35,733 nucleotides of DNA, taken from positions 8,626 to 44,358 of the forward strand of contig CAYIBD010000001.1 of assembly GCA_964361655.1 (NCBI GenBank), written 5' to 3'. The DNA is from an uncultured Candidatus Saccharibacteria bacterium. Its GTDB lineage: Bacteria > Patescibacteriota > Minisyncoccia > Sungbacterales > SURF-37. This document shows, one piece after another, positions 16,159 to 24,125 of this stretch; the stretch's first letter is position 1, and every line of letters starts with the position of its first letter. A model generated the notes under the pieces. The model was given only the letters and a program-made list of their open reading frames with translations, did no database searches and was not told the DNA's origin. The translations under genes and the position numbers were made by a program.

Positions 16159-17388
16159 ATGGCTCGATTGCGACGCCGCAAAAACCAAATCGGCTTTGGC
16201 GGTACGCTTATCACCCCCCTTCACCGCCGCTACGTGAATCAGGTCCTTAGCTCCGGCCGGCTCAGCTACGGCCCGTTCTTGAAGCGGTTTGAGCGCGAGT
16301 TTGCGGCGTTGCATAACCGTCGTTTTGCCGTCTCCGCAAACTCCGGCACCTCGGCCCTCCAGGTGGCTATCCACGCCCTGAAAGACCTCGATGGTTGGAA
16401 GGACGGCGATGAGATCCTCGTCCCGGCTATCACGTTCATTGCCAGCTCAAACGCCATCTTGCATAACCGCCTGCGGCCGGTGTTCGTGGACGTTGATCCG
16501 CGGACCTACCACATCAATCCCACGGAGATCGAAAAACATATCACCAGGCGAACGCGCGCCATTATGCCGGTGCACCTCTTTGGGGTCTCGGCCGACATGC
16601 GGCCGATCGTCCGGATCGCCCGCCGCCGCAAGCTCCGGCTGATCGAGGATTCCAGCCAGGCGATGCTGGTTCGTTATCGCGGCAAGCCGGTTGGGTCAGC
16701 CGGCGATATTGCCTGCTACTCCACCTACGTTCCCCACCTGGCTTCGACCGGTGTTGGCGGCATGGCCTTGAGCGACGATCCCAAGATCGCGATTGCGCTC
16801 CGCAGCTTGACCTGCCACGGCCGGGATAACATTTACCTTGCCGCGGATGATGATCGGGGGTTAACCGGCCGGGCACTCGAAGAGGTTGTCCGGCGTCGCT
16901 TCAACTTCGTTACTGTCGGTTATAGTTACCGGCTGACCGAACTCGAAGGGGCGCTCGGCGTGGCCGAGCTGGCCCGTATCAAACGAAACATTGCCATTCG
17001 CCAGCGGAACGCCGGTAAGCTCCTGGTAGGGCTCCGGCCGTACCAGGCCTTTCTCCAGCTCCCGTGGTGGCCGCCGCACTCGGAGCATGCCTTCATGCTC
17101 TTTCCGATCGTGGTCAAGGCAAAGAAATTCAGCCGCGATGACATCACGAACTGGCTTGAACAATGGAATGTGGAGACCCGGCCGCTCTTCCCGCTGCTGA
17201 ACCAGCCCGTGTATAGGAAGCTCTTCGGCAATCTTGAGCCCCGCTACCCAGTGGCAACCTGGGTCCGTAAGAACGGCTTCATCATCGGCTGCCACACCGA
17301 GTTGAAGCCGGCTGACATTGACTATATGCTAGCGGTCTTCCGAGAGTTCTTTCGCAAGCGAGGGCTGGCAGCAGAGCAACCCAAATGA
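16159..17388 (+). CDS. DegT/DnrJ/EryC1-family PLP/PMP enzyme with His in place of the Schiff-base Lys (ColD/E1-type sugar 3-dehydratase candidate)
   Basis: Start ATG 16159 (MARLRRRKNQIGFGG...); the track ORF from 16048 overlaps gmd. CYSTYVPHLASTGVGGM aligns position by position with CFSFYPVKHITTGEGGM of the second DegT gene (25141-26307), which puts His193 (cac, 16735-16737) where the PLP lysine normally is. Confidence 0.7.
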   Translation: MARLRRRKNQIGFGGTLITPLHRRYVNQVLSSGRLSYGPFLKRFEREFAALHNRRFAVSANSGTSALQVAIHALKDLDGWKDGDEILVPAITFIASSNAILHNRLRPVFVDVDPRTYHINPTEIEKHITRRTRAIMPVHLFGVSADMRPIVRIARRRKLRLIEDSSQAMLVRYRGKPVGSAGDIACYSTYVPHLASTGVGGMALSDDPKIAIALRSLTCHGRDNIYLAADDDRGLTGRALEEVVRRRFNFVTVGYSYRLTELEGALGVAELARIKRNIAIRQRNAGKLLVGLRPYQAFLQLPWWPPHSEHAFMLFPIVVKAKKFSRDDITNWLEQWNVETRPLFPLLNQPVYRKLFGNLEPRYPVATWVRKNGFIIGCHTELKPADIDYMLAVFREFFRKRGLAAEQPK

Positions 17389-17389
17389 A

Positions 17390-17570
17390 TCGCTTCGGTA
17401 ACCGCACCGCCCGTTTCGACTTGCGAAGCGAGGCGAGCAGAGGCGCGGTATCTTAGCCCGCTATCATCAAAGAGGCGTTCATCCTCCCACGGCTGGAAAG
17501 TCGTGGAGGCATGGGAGCATCGTCGCGAAAGCGAATTACGATGAGGCCACGCCCGGAAGGGTGTGGAGGG
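17390..17570 (+). promoter_or_regulatory. Structured intergenic leader with three hairpins upstream of the reductase gene
   Basis: Hairpin A: TCGCTTCG 17390-17397 with CGAAGCGA 17424-17431. Hairpin B: CCTCCCACG 17483-17491 with CGTGGAGG 17502-17509 (one bulged C). Hairpin C: CACGCCC 17548-17554, GGAA loop, GGGTGTG 17559-17565 (one G-T pair), abutting the SD GGAGGG 17565-17570. Confidence 0.3.
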
Positions 17571-17580
17571 TTCAAATCAC

Positions 17581-18468
17581 ATGAGAAAGCGTCGCGTCTT
17601 GGTTCTGGGGGCTTCGGGCATGCTGGGGCAGGAGTTCACCCATGCCCTTGCCCACCACGAGCGTTTTACGGCCATTGCCTGCGATCGGAGGCGGGCTGAT
17701 GTTACGAACCTTGCCATGCTCCGGCGCGTCATGCGAGCGACGCGACCTGACGTGGTCATCAACTGCGCGGCCGAGATTGATGTTGATTGGTGCGAGGCGC
17801 ATCCGCTCGAGGCCTGGCGGACGAATGCCCTTGGCCCCGGCAATGCCCTCCGCGCGCTTGCCGATACCGGCCATACCCGATCGGTCTTCGTCCAGATCAG
17901 CACCGCCTATGTTTTTGGCAATGACAAAAATGCCTTTGCCGAGGATGACCTCCCCCATCCGGTGAACGTCTACGGCTCCTCAAAGCTCGGTGGCGAGGCC
18001 ATTGCCGCTGCTGAAGCCAACGCGGCCGGCATTCCGTATCTCATCGTCCGCACCGCTTGGCTCTATTCGCATTTTCGGAAAACATTCATTGATCACCTGG
18101 CAGGAGAACTCCTCGCGGGCAAGACGTGCGTCGCGTTTAGCGATCAATTCGGGCTCCCGGTGTGGACGCGGGATTTTGTGCGAGGCACGATCCGCCTCCT
18201 CCATCGCCGGCGCGTCGAGAGCGGAATCTACCACGCCGTCTCCGGTTCCCGCCGCCGGGTCAGCCGTTACGATATTGCACGCGTCGTTGCCGGGGCCCTT
18301 TCCTGTGACCGGCGATTGGTTCGACCGGGGCGGAAGCGCACTATTCTCCGCGTGCCGCGTCCGAAGAGTGCCTTCCTCATTAATACCAGAGGACTCCCCA
18401 TGCCAGGATGGCAGGCATCGCTCCGGCAGTATATGCGGGAGCGGTACTATCCCAAGAGATCGTCATGA
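17581..18468 (+). CDS. RmlD-like NAD(P)H-dependent 4-keto-sugar reductase (dTDP-4-dehydrorhamnose reductase family)
   Basis: ATG 17581 lies about 10 nt downstream of GGAGGG; the track GTG 17563 is less likely. RVLVLGASGMLGQEF, RPDVVINCAAEIDVDWCE, ISTAYVFGN and NVYGSSKLGGE follow the RmlD pattern. Confidence 0.75.
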   Translation: MRKRRVLVLGASGMLGQEFTHALAHHERFTAIACDRRRADVTNLAMLRRVMRATRPDVVINCAAEIDVDWCEAHPLEAWRTNALGPGNALRALADTGHTRSVFVQISTAYVFGNDKNAFAEDDLPHPVNVYGSSKLGGEAIAAAEANAAGIPYLIVRTAWLYSHFRKTFIDHLAGELLAGKTCVAFSDQFGLPVWTRDFVRGTIRLLHRRRVESGIYHAVSGSRRRVSRYDIARVVAGALSCDRRLVRPGRKRTILRVPRPKSAFLINTRGLPMPGWQASLRQYMRERYYPKRSS

Positions 18469-19676
18469 AGATCGCCATGATTGTACGGCGCTTGGACGTA
18501 AAAGGCGGCACCCAGCGCCAGGCCCTATCGCTGGCCCAAGAGCTCCTCCGGAGGGGGCAGGAGATCAGCCTCTACACCTTTGCTTATGATCGAGAGCGCT
18601 GCTACCCCGATCTCCTCGAAGGGCTCCGGGTGGTTGCGCTCGATCGCGAGAGCCACCGGGATCGCGATAGCTATATTTTCTTGGGGCGGGCATCGGGCCG
18701 CAGCCGGGAGAACCGCATGGCCCGCGAGCTTGCGCGCCGCATTGATCCTGGCATAGACCTTCTCCATCCCCATGACACCGTTGCCCATCGCGTGGCCTAT
18801 TTCTTCAAGCGTGACGTCCGGGAGGTTCCGTCGGTGTGGCAGATGAATGACCTTGCGTCCTCGCGGTTTGTCTGGCGACGGGCCGAAGCGTTCGGCGCCC
18901 CTCGGCCGCCGCCCTCGAGGCGCTTTCGCGCCTGGGTTAGCGATTGGTACGAGCGGGTGCGCTTCATCCGTGCCCAGGATGCGATCACCGTGCTGGATCA
19001 TTTCAACCGAAACCTCTTGAAGGAGTATTTCGGCCGGGATGGCATCGTGGTCAGGAGCGGCCTTGACGTTGAAAAATTCCCGTATCGCGAGCGCCACGGG
19101 ATCGCAGGCAAACGCATCCGCATCCTTACCACCGGCATCCTCTTTCCGCATCGGCGCTTCGATGACGCCATTTTGGCTCTCAAGATCCTCCGCGATGAAT
19201 GGGGCTATGATCCGTTGCTCACCATCATCGGCGATACGTCAGCCAGCCCCGCCTACTTCGAGAAACTGAAGCAGCTCGTATCGGAGCTCGACCTTGACGG
19301 CCGCGTGACGTTTGCGGGCGAAGTTTCGGACGAAGCACTTCTCGAGGCTTATCATTCCCACGACGTCTTTATCTTCCCCAATGAGCTTCAGACCTGGGGG
19401 CTGGCGGTGTTTGAAGCCATGGCCACCGGCCTTCCGGTCATCGTCTCGCGCGGGGCGGGCGCCCACGAGGTGCTGACGGATTGCAAGAACGCCATTCTGG
19501 TCAAGCCCCGCGATCCCATGAATATCGGCCGGGCCATCCGGGCGTTTGCCGCCGACCCCAACCTCTATCAAGCGATCTCGAGGGGAGGCGCTCTTTACGT
19601 GCGGGGGAACATCTCGTGGCAGCGCTACGCCGATGGGATGGTTGAGGTGTTTGGCCGCGCGCTCAAAAGAGGATGA
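18465..19676 (+). CDS. Glycosyltransferase family 1/4 (GT-B)
   Basis: ATGA overlap at 18465 (MKIAMIVRRLDVKGGTQRQ...). ELQTWGLAVFEAMATGLPVIVSRGAGAHEVL motif. Confidence 0.8.
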   Translation: MKIAMIVRRLDVKGGTQRQALSLAQELLRRGQEISLYTFAYDRERCYPDLLEGLRVVALDRESHRDRDSYIFLGRASGRSRENRMARELARRIDPGIDLLHPHDTVAHRVAYFFKRDVREVPSVWQMNDLASSRFVWRRAEAFGAPRPPPSRRFRAWVSDWYERVRFIRAQDAITVLDHFNRNLLKEYFGRDGIVVRSGLDVEKFPYRERHGIAGKRIRILTTGILFPHRRFDDAILALKILRDEWGYDPLLTIIGDTSASPAYFEKLKQLVSELDLDGRVTFAGEVSDEALLEAYHSHDVFIFPNELQTWGLAVFEAMATGLPVIVSRGAGAHEVLTDCKNAILVKPRDPMNIGRAIRAFAADPNLYQAISRGGALYVRGNISWQRYADGMVEVFGRALKRG

Positions 19677-20995
19677 AAACGATTTTCATTACCAGCTTTC
19701 ATGGTTTGATTTCGCGGAATATTCTCGCTACCCCAGTCCTGGGGCGGCTGCTCGCCCGAAGTGACGTAGGCGTTATTTTGCTGGTGCCCGAGCCGAAGAA
19801 GCTCTTCTTTGCGAGCGAATTTCTGCACCCGCGGATTTATATTTCGGGCGTGGCAGAGTCGGTTACGCGGAGCGACCGATTCTCCCGTTATCTTGCATTT
19901 TCGCTCGTGAAGACCCGATCCCTGGCGATCAAGCGGAAGACCGAGCTTCGCGGCAGCGGCGCGTGGCTAGCGGCACTGCTCGGGGGGCGAGCCGGGGCCA
20001 TGGCCGCTGCCAGGTGGCTGGATCGCCGCTTCACGCCCCGCGATCGCTTCGGCCCGGTTCTCGATCGCTACCGCCCCAATCTCGTCTTTGCTGCCGATGT
20101 CCAGAACGAGAATGACGTCCGCCTCATGCACGAGGCCCGAGACCGCGGCATCCCCGTTGTCGGCATGGTGAGATCATGGGACAACCTTGCGGCCAAAGGC
20201 ATGATCCGCATTACGCCGGATGCCCTCATCGTCAATAACGAGATCATCCGCGATGAGGCCGTGCGCTATAGCGCCATTCCAGCCGAGAAGATCCGCGTCG
20301 TCGGCATTCCCCACTACGATCGCTACCTGACCGAGCCGCGCTCCAGCCGCGAAGAATTCTTCCGGCGGATTAGCGGCGATCCTTCCAAGCGCCTCATTCT
20401 CTATGCGCCCACCGGCGATCGCTACCTGGGCGAGAACACGGTGGATCGCGAGGTGATTGAGCTCATTGTCGCGGCCATGCCTTCGGATTGTCAGCTCCTC
20501 GTTCGATTGCCGCCCATGGACGCGGTGAGCGGCGTCCCCAAAGAGGGCAAGGGACGCCTGATCTTTGATCGGCCCCGCGCTTCGTTCCTTGACGTCCGGA
20601 ACACCGAGCTCACCGCCGAGGCCGACCGGCATCTGGCCGACACCCTCTCCTACGCCGACCTCGTCATTGCCGGGCCATCGACCATGGCGGTAGACGCGGC
20701 TTTCTTCAATAAGCCGGTCATCCTCGTAGGTTTTGATGGCAAGCGTGAGCGGCCGTACTATGAGAGTGTGGCGCGCTACTTTGATTACGAACACTGGCAG
20801 CCGGTCTTATCTTCTGGCGGCGTGCGTCTCGTTCGGAACGCAGGAGAATTCCAGGACTGGATTCAGCGCTACCTTGCCGACAGCGAAATCGACGCGAGCG
20901 GTCGGCGGGCCATTGCGCTCGCCCAATGCTGGCGTTTAGACGCCGCCTCGAGCCAGCGGCTGGCCGACATCCTTCTTTCGTTCCTGCCCACATGA
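19673..20995 (+). CDS. CDP-glycerol glycerophosphotransferase family protein (TagB/TagF/SpsB-like), paralog 1
   Basis: ATGA overlap. IRVVGIPHYDRY (G-x-P-R/H-x-D type), KRLILYAPTGDRY (ILYAPT motif) and YADLVIAGPSTMAVDAAFFNKPVILVGF resemble TagF-family signatures as I remember them. Confidence 0.55.
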   Translation: MKTIFITSFHGLISRNILATPVLGRLLARSDVGVILLVPEPKKLFFASEFLHPRIYISGVAESVTRSDRFSRYLAFSLVKTRSLAIKRKTELRGSGAWLAALLGGRAGAMAAARWLDRRFTPRDRFGPVLDRYRPNLVFAADVQNENDVRLMHEARDRGIPVVGMVRSWDNLAAKGMIRITPDALIVNNEIIRDEAVRYSAIPAEKIRVVGIPHYDRYLTEPRSSREEFFRRISGDPSKRLILYAPTGDRYLGENTVDREVIELIVAAMPSDCQLLVRLPPMDAVSGVPKEGKGRLIFDRPRASFLDVRNTELTAEADRHLADTLSYADLVIAGPSTMAVDAAFFNKPVILVGFDGKRERPYYESVARYFDYEHWQPVLSSGGVRLVRNAGEFQDWIQRYLADSEIDASGRRAIALAQCWRLDAASSQRLADILLSFLPT

Positions 20996-21951
20996 TGCAA
21001 GCGAAGAAACCGAAGACCGACTTCTGGCATCGGCAAGCCGAGCGGCTGTGGCATGGCTACCACCGCCTGATGCGCACCTGGCCGATTTGGTACTACGTCC
21101 TCAATCGTTCTTCCCGTGAAGTTTGGAGACGCCATCAGCCGGCGATCGGTGCGGTTGCGCATGCGCTTATCGCTCGGTTAGAGCGGGACGGCATTGCCGT
21201 AGTTCCGCTCGGCGAGCTCTTCGAAGATCCGCTGCTACTCTCTCGACTGCAAGCGATCACACGTGAACGGCAGGGAAGTGCGGCACTCCCCGATGCCGTA
21301 TCCCCTCGGCCCGAGGGCGAAACCGAGAAGGACGTCGAGAAGCGTTTCATGCGCTACCTCTGGGGGGGAGGCGGGACATATCCCGTGATTGATCTTGAGG
21401 ACCCTTTCATTCAGTTTGCCCTCGACGAGCGCACCCTCGGTATCATTGCCGCCTACCTCGGCTCCGCCCCCAAGCTCCAGGGCTTCTCACTTCAGGAGAC
21501 GCGCATTGTCCCGGCGGGAAGTCCCTCCTACCTCTCCCAGCGCTGGCACCGCGATCCGGATGATAAGAAGCTTGTTAAGGCGTTCCTGTACCTCTCCGAT
21601 GTCCTGGACGAGGGGGCCGGACCTTTCATGTATGTGAAGTACTCACATTTTGGCGGGCGGTGGCGGAACCTCTACCCCCAGCGGCCGCCGGTTGGCCGCT
21701 ATCCGCCGTCTGGTGCGGTGGAAGCCGCAGTGTCGGGAGATGACATCCGGGTCTGCCTGGGGCGTGCCGGCACCTTGATTTTCTGCGATACCTCCGGCCT
21801 CCATCGCGGCGGCTACAGCACCTCGAGCCGGCGCCTCATGTTCGTGGCCGGCTTTGTCAGCGCGGCCTCACGCTTTCAGGCCAACTACCGCCGACCGCCG
21901 GGGCTAGCCCTGGCCGGACTCTCGCCCCTGGCCCGCCACGCGCTCGGATGA
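20992..21951 (+). CDS. Fe(II)/2-oxoglutarate dioxygenase, PhyH family, paralog 3
   Basis: ATG 20992 overlaps the upstream TGA (ATGA). SQRWHRDPDDKKLVKAFLYLSDVLDEGAGPFMYVKYSH and GRAGTLIFCDTSGLHRGG. Confidence 0.75.
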   Translation: MMQAKKPKTDFWHRQAERLWHGYHRLMRTWPIWYYVLNRSSREVWRRHQPAIGAVAHALIARLERDGIAVVPLGELFEDPLLLSRLQAITRERQGSAALPDAVSPRPEGETEKDVEKRFMRYLWGGGGTYPVIDLEDPFIQFALDERTLGIIAAYLGSAPKLQGFSLQETRIVPAGSPSYLSQRWHRDPDDKKLVKAFLYLSDVLDEGAGPFMYVKYSHFGGRWRNLYPQRPPVGRYPPSGAVEAAVSGDDIRVCLGRAGTLIFCDTSGLHRGGYSTSSRRLMFVAGFVSAASRFQANYRRPPGLALAGLSPLARHALG

Positions 21952-21998
21952 CGCGGAAACGCGCCCGGGCGGCGCTGGGTAGCAAACAGTGGGCATTC

Positions 21999-22052
21999 AC
22001 CCCGTTACAACTCCCGGGCTGTAACGAGGTAAGGGCCGGGTTGTAACGGGGT
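21999..22052. promoter_or_regulatory. 13-bp perfect inverted repeat (hairpin or operator) upstream of the second TagF-like gene
   Basis: ACCCCGTTACAAC (21999-22011) and GTTGTAACGGGGT (22040-22052), separated by a 28-nt spacer. The spacer contains CCCGGG and a third TGTAACG copy (22020-22026). No T-tract follows; ATG 22067 is 15 nt downstream. Confidence 0.45.
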
Positions 22053-22066
22053 TCACGCCTGATCAT

Positions 22067-23470
22067 ATGAGAGAGCGGGATTGCATTTTTTTTGTCCTCG
22101 CCCACCACAAGCACTACTCCGATGTCCTGCGTTCAACCGGCCTCATTCCGCGTCTGGCGGAACGCTACCGCATTGTGGTTTTGACGCCGCACTACGATGC
22201 GACGCGTGCGCGCGAGCGAGCCCTGTTCCAGCACCCCGCGGTCACGTACCAAAAACTTCTGCCCCGCGCTCCCCGCTGGTGGCGGATTTCGGAGCGCTAC
22301 CTAAGGACGTTTTTCGTCCGGGAGCTTGACTACCTCGCCGGGGTCAGAATTTATGACTACGGCCGCTACGTCAATCACCTCGGCCATCGATTGCTCGCGA
22401 CTGTCGGAGGCCTTCTGCCGTCTCGCCTCCTCACCGCTGAACGGATGACTCGGATTGAATCGTGGTTGATTCCGCCCGCCCGCGAGCTCCGAGCGCTCAT
22501 CAGCCGTCACCGCCCGCGCCTGATCGTAACCGCCACCTGCGGCCTGGAGCCCCTTGAGGCCGAGGCCATTATCACCGGCCGCCGTCTCGGGATACCAACG
22601 CTGGCAGTGGATCTCAACCTCGATTACCCCCACTATCAGTCCAAGCGTTCTCGCCGCACGGACTACGTTTCGGTCTGGAACCCTACGATGCAGCGCGAGG
22701 TAGAGGAGTACATGCACTTTCCCCCGGAACGGGTCCGGGTCACGGGCTGTCTGCGGTTCGACCACTACTTCACCGACGAGGCGCGGGGGCGTCTCCGCTC
22801 CCGGGAGGCGTTCCTCGAATCCAAGGGCCTTGACCCGAAGCAAAAGACCATTCTCTGGGCCGCCACCTCTTCGTTCTTCAAGCACCAGCGCCAGCTCATG
22901 CAAGAGCTCCTCCGTGCCCGCAAGTCAGGAGAGCTCCCGGAGGAATCCAATCTCCTGGTGCGATTACATCCGGGCGGGTACTGGGAGCCCTACCGCGAGT
23001 TTGAAGGCACGCCTCGGGTGGCCATTGATTTCCCCGGGCGCGAGCCGTTCTACGATCCGGATCGGGGCGATTATACCGTCGAGATGGATGAACGCGACTA
23101 CGCCAACCTCACCGAAACGCTCCGCTATGCCGATGTGGTGATGGGTGTTTCCACCACGCTCATGCTCGAGGCCGCGCTCTTCGATAAACCCAGTGTTGCC
23201 GTCGGTTTCCCGGAGAGCATGATGGATGCCTACCGCTCCGAGCCGACGTGCTACTTCCTTAGCCGCGGGGTGATGCGGCTGGCCAAGAGCCCGGAAGAGC
23301 TTATCCGGAATCTTGCCCGCTACCTTCATCGGCCGGAGCTGGATCAGGAAGCGCGTCTGGCGCTAGCCAGGGATTACATACCTTTCACCGACGGACGAAC
23401 CGATGAGCGGACGGTCCAGTGGATCAGCGAAATCGCCGCTCACCCTCCTACCCACCGACATGGGTCCTGA
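22067..23470 (+). CDS. CDP-glycerol glycerophosphotransferase family protein (TagB/TagF/SpsB-like), paralog 2
   Basis: VRVTGCLRFDHYF, QKTILWAATSSFF and YADVVMGVSTTLMLEAALFDKPSVAVGF are collinear with the motifs of 19673-20995. Confidence 0.5.
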   Translation: MRERDCIFFVLAHHKHYSDVLRSTGLIPRLAERYRIVVLTPHYDATRARERALFQHPAVTYQKLLPRAPRWWRISERYLRTFFVRELDYLAGVRIYDYGRYVNHLGHRLLATVGGLLPSRLLTAERMTRIESWLIPPARELRALISRHRPRLIVTATCGLEPLEAEAIITGRRLGIPTLAVDLNLDYPHYQSKRSRRTDYVSVWNPTMQREVEEYMHFPPERVRVTGCLRFDHYFTDEARGRLRSREAFLESKGLDPKQKTILWAATSSFFKHQRQLMQELLRARKSGELPEESNLLVRLHPGGYWEPYREFEGTPRVAIDFPGREPFYDPDRGDYTVEMDERDYANLTETLRYADVVMGVSTTLMLEAALFDKPSVAVGFPESMMDAYRSEPTCYFLSRGVMRLAKSPEELIRNLARYLHRPELDQEARLALARDYIPFTDGRTDERTVQWISEIAAHPPTHRHGS

Positions 23471-24125
23471 TCAGACGGTGTGCGTTTTCATCCAAGCCCG
23501 GATGTCATCCGCGCGGTTCCCGGGTAAGGTGTTGGCCCCGCTTGGCGGTAAGCCCGTTATTGCCCATGTGATTGAACGGGTAGGCGAGGCGGTGAGGCCG
23601 CAGCAGATCGTGGTGGCTACGAGCGACAATGCGAGCGACGATCCATTGGCGCTCTATGTCCGCTCCCTCGGTATCCAGGTCTTCCGCGGGCCGCTCGAGA
23701 ACGTCTTTTTGCGTTTTCAGCTTTGTCTCCGCGAACATCCCTGCCGCTGGTTCTTCCGGGTTTCGGCCGATAGCCCGTTGCTTGACGCAGCACTCTTCGG
23801 GCGGATGCTCGAGCACCGCGAGCGCGAGGACATTGATCTCGTGACCAACATCTTTCCGCGAACATTTCCAAAAGGACGGAGTTTGGAGATGATTCGTGCC
23901 AAGACATTCGCCGCCATCGATCCCTCCCCGCTCTCCTTGAAAGAACAGGAGCACGTCACACCGGTCTACTACCGCCATCCCGAGCGGTTCAACATCATCA
24001 ATATCGCTTCGAGCGACCCGGGAGAGGAGGGGACGAGCCTTGCGGTTGATACGCGTGAGGATTTGGCGCGTCTCGAAGCGTTGCTCCAGAGCAAGAGCGG
24101 CATGGCATCGAAGAGACGATCATGA
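23460..24125 (+). CDS. Cytidylyltransferase of the CMP-NeuAc/CMP-Kdo synthetase superfamily (SpsF-like)
   Basis: ATG 23460 (11-nt overlap with the upstream gene). VCVFIQARMSSARFPGKVLAPLGGKPVIAHVIERV is the typical SpsF/acylneuraminate cytidylyltransferase N-terminus. Confidence 0.75.
   Translation: MGPDQTVCVFIQARMSSARFPGKVLAPLGGKPVIAHVIERVGEAVRPQQIVVATSDNASDDPLALYVRSLGIQVFRGPLENVFLRFQLCLREHPCRWFFRVSADSPLLDAALFGRMLEHREREDIDLVTNIFPRTFPKGRSLEMIRAKTFAAIDPSPLSLKEQEHVTPVYYRHPERFNIINIASSDPGEEGTSLAVDTREDLARLEALLQSKSGMASKRRS

Noticed and set aside
17569-17578. GGTTCAAATC, resembling a tRNA T-loop, raising the possibility of a tRNA gene or att-site remnant in the 17389-17580 gap
   Set aside because: The flanking bases do not form a 5-bp T-stem (GGAGG versus CACAT), and no acceptor, D or anticodon arms can be drawn. 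The segment overlaps the SD and spacer of the reductase gene.
17511-17699. 62-aa ORF starting right after GGAGG in the leader (possible uORF)
   Set aside because: The SD-to-ATG spacing is only 1 nt. The ORF runs out of frame into the reductase gene and has Gly/Arg/Pro-rich junk composition.
21362-21368. G7 homopolymer inside the third PhyH gene (WGGGGT) as a phase-variation tract
   Set aside because: It is shorter than tracts that usually slip at useful rates. It encodes a Gly run that is also plausible as ordinary coding sequence in GC-rich DNA. There is no read-level evidence available.
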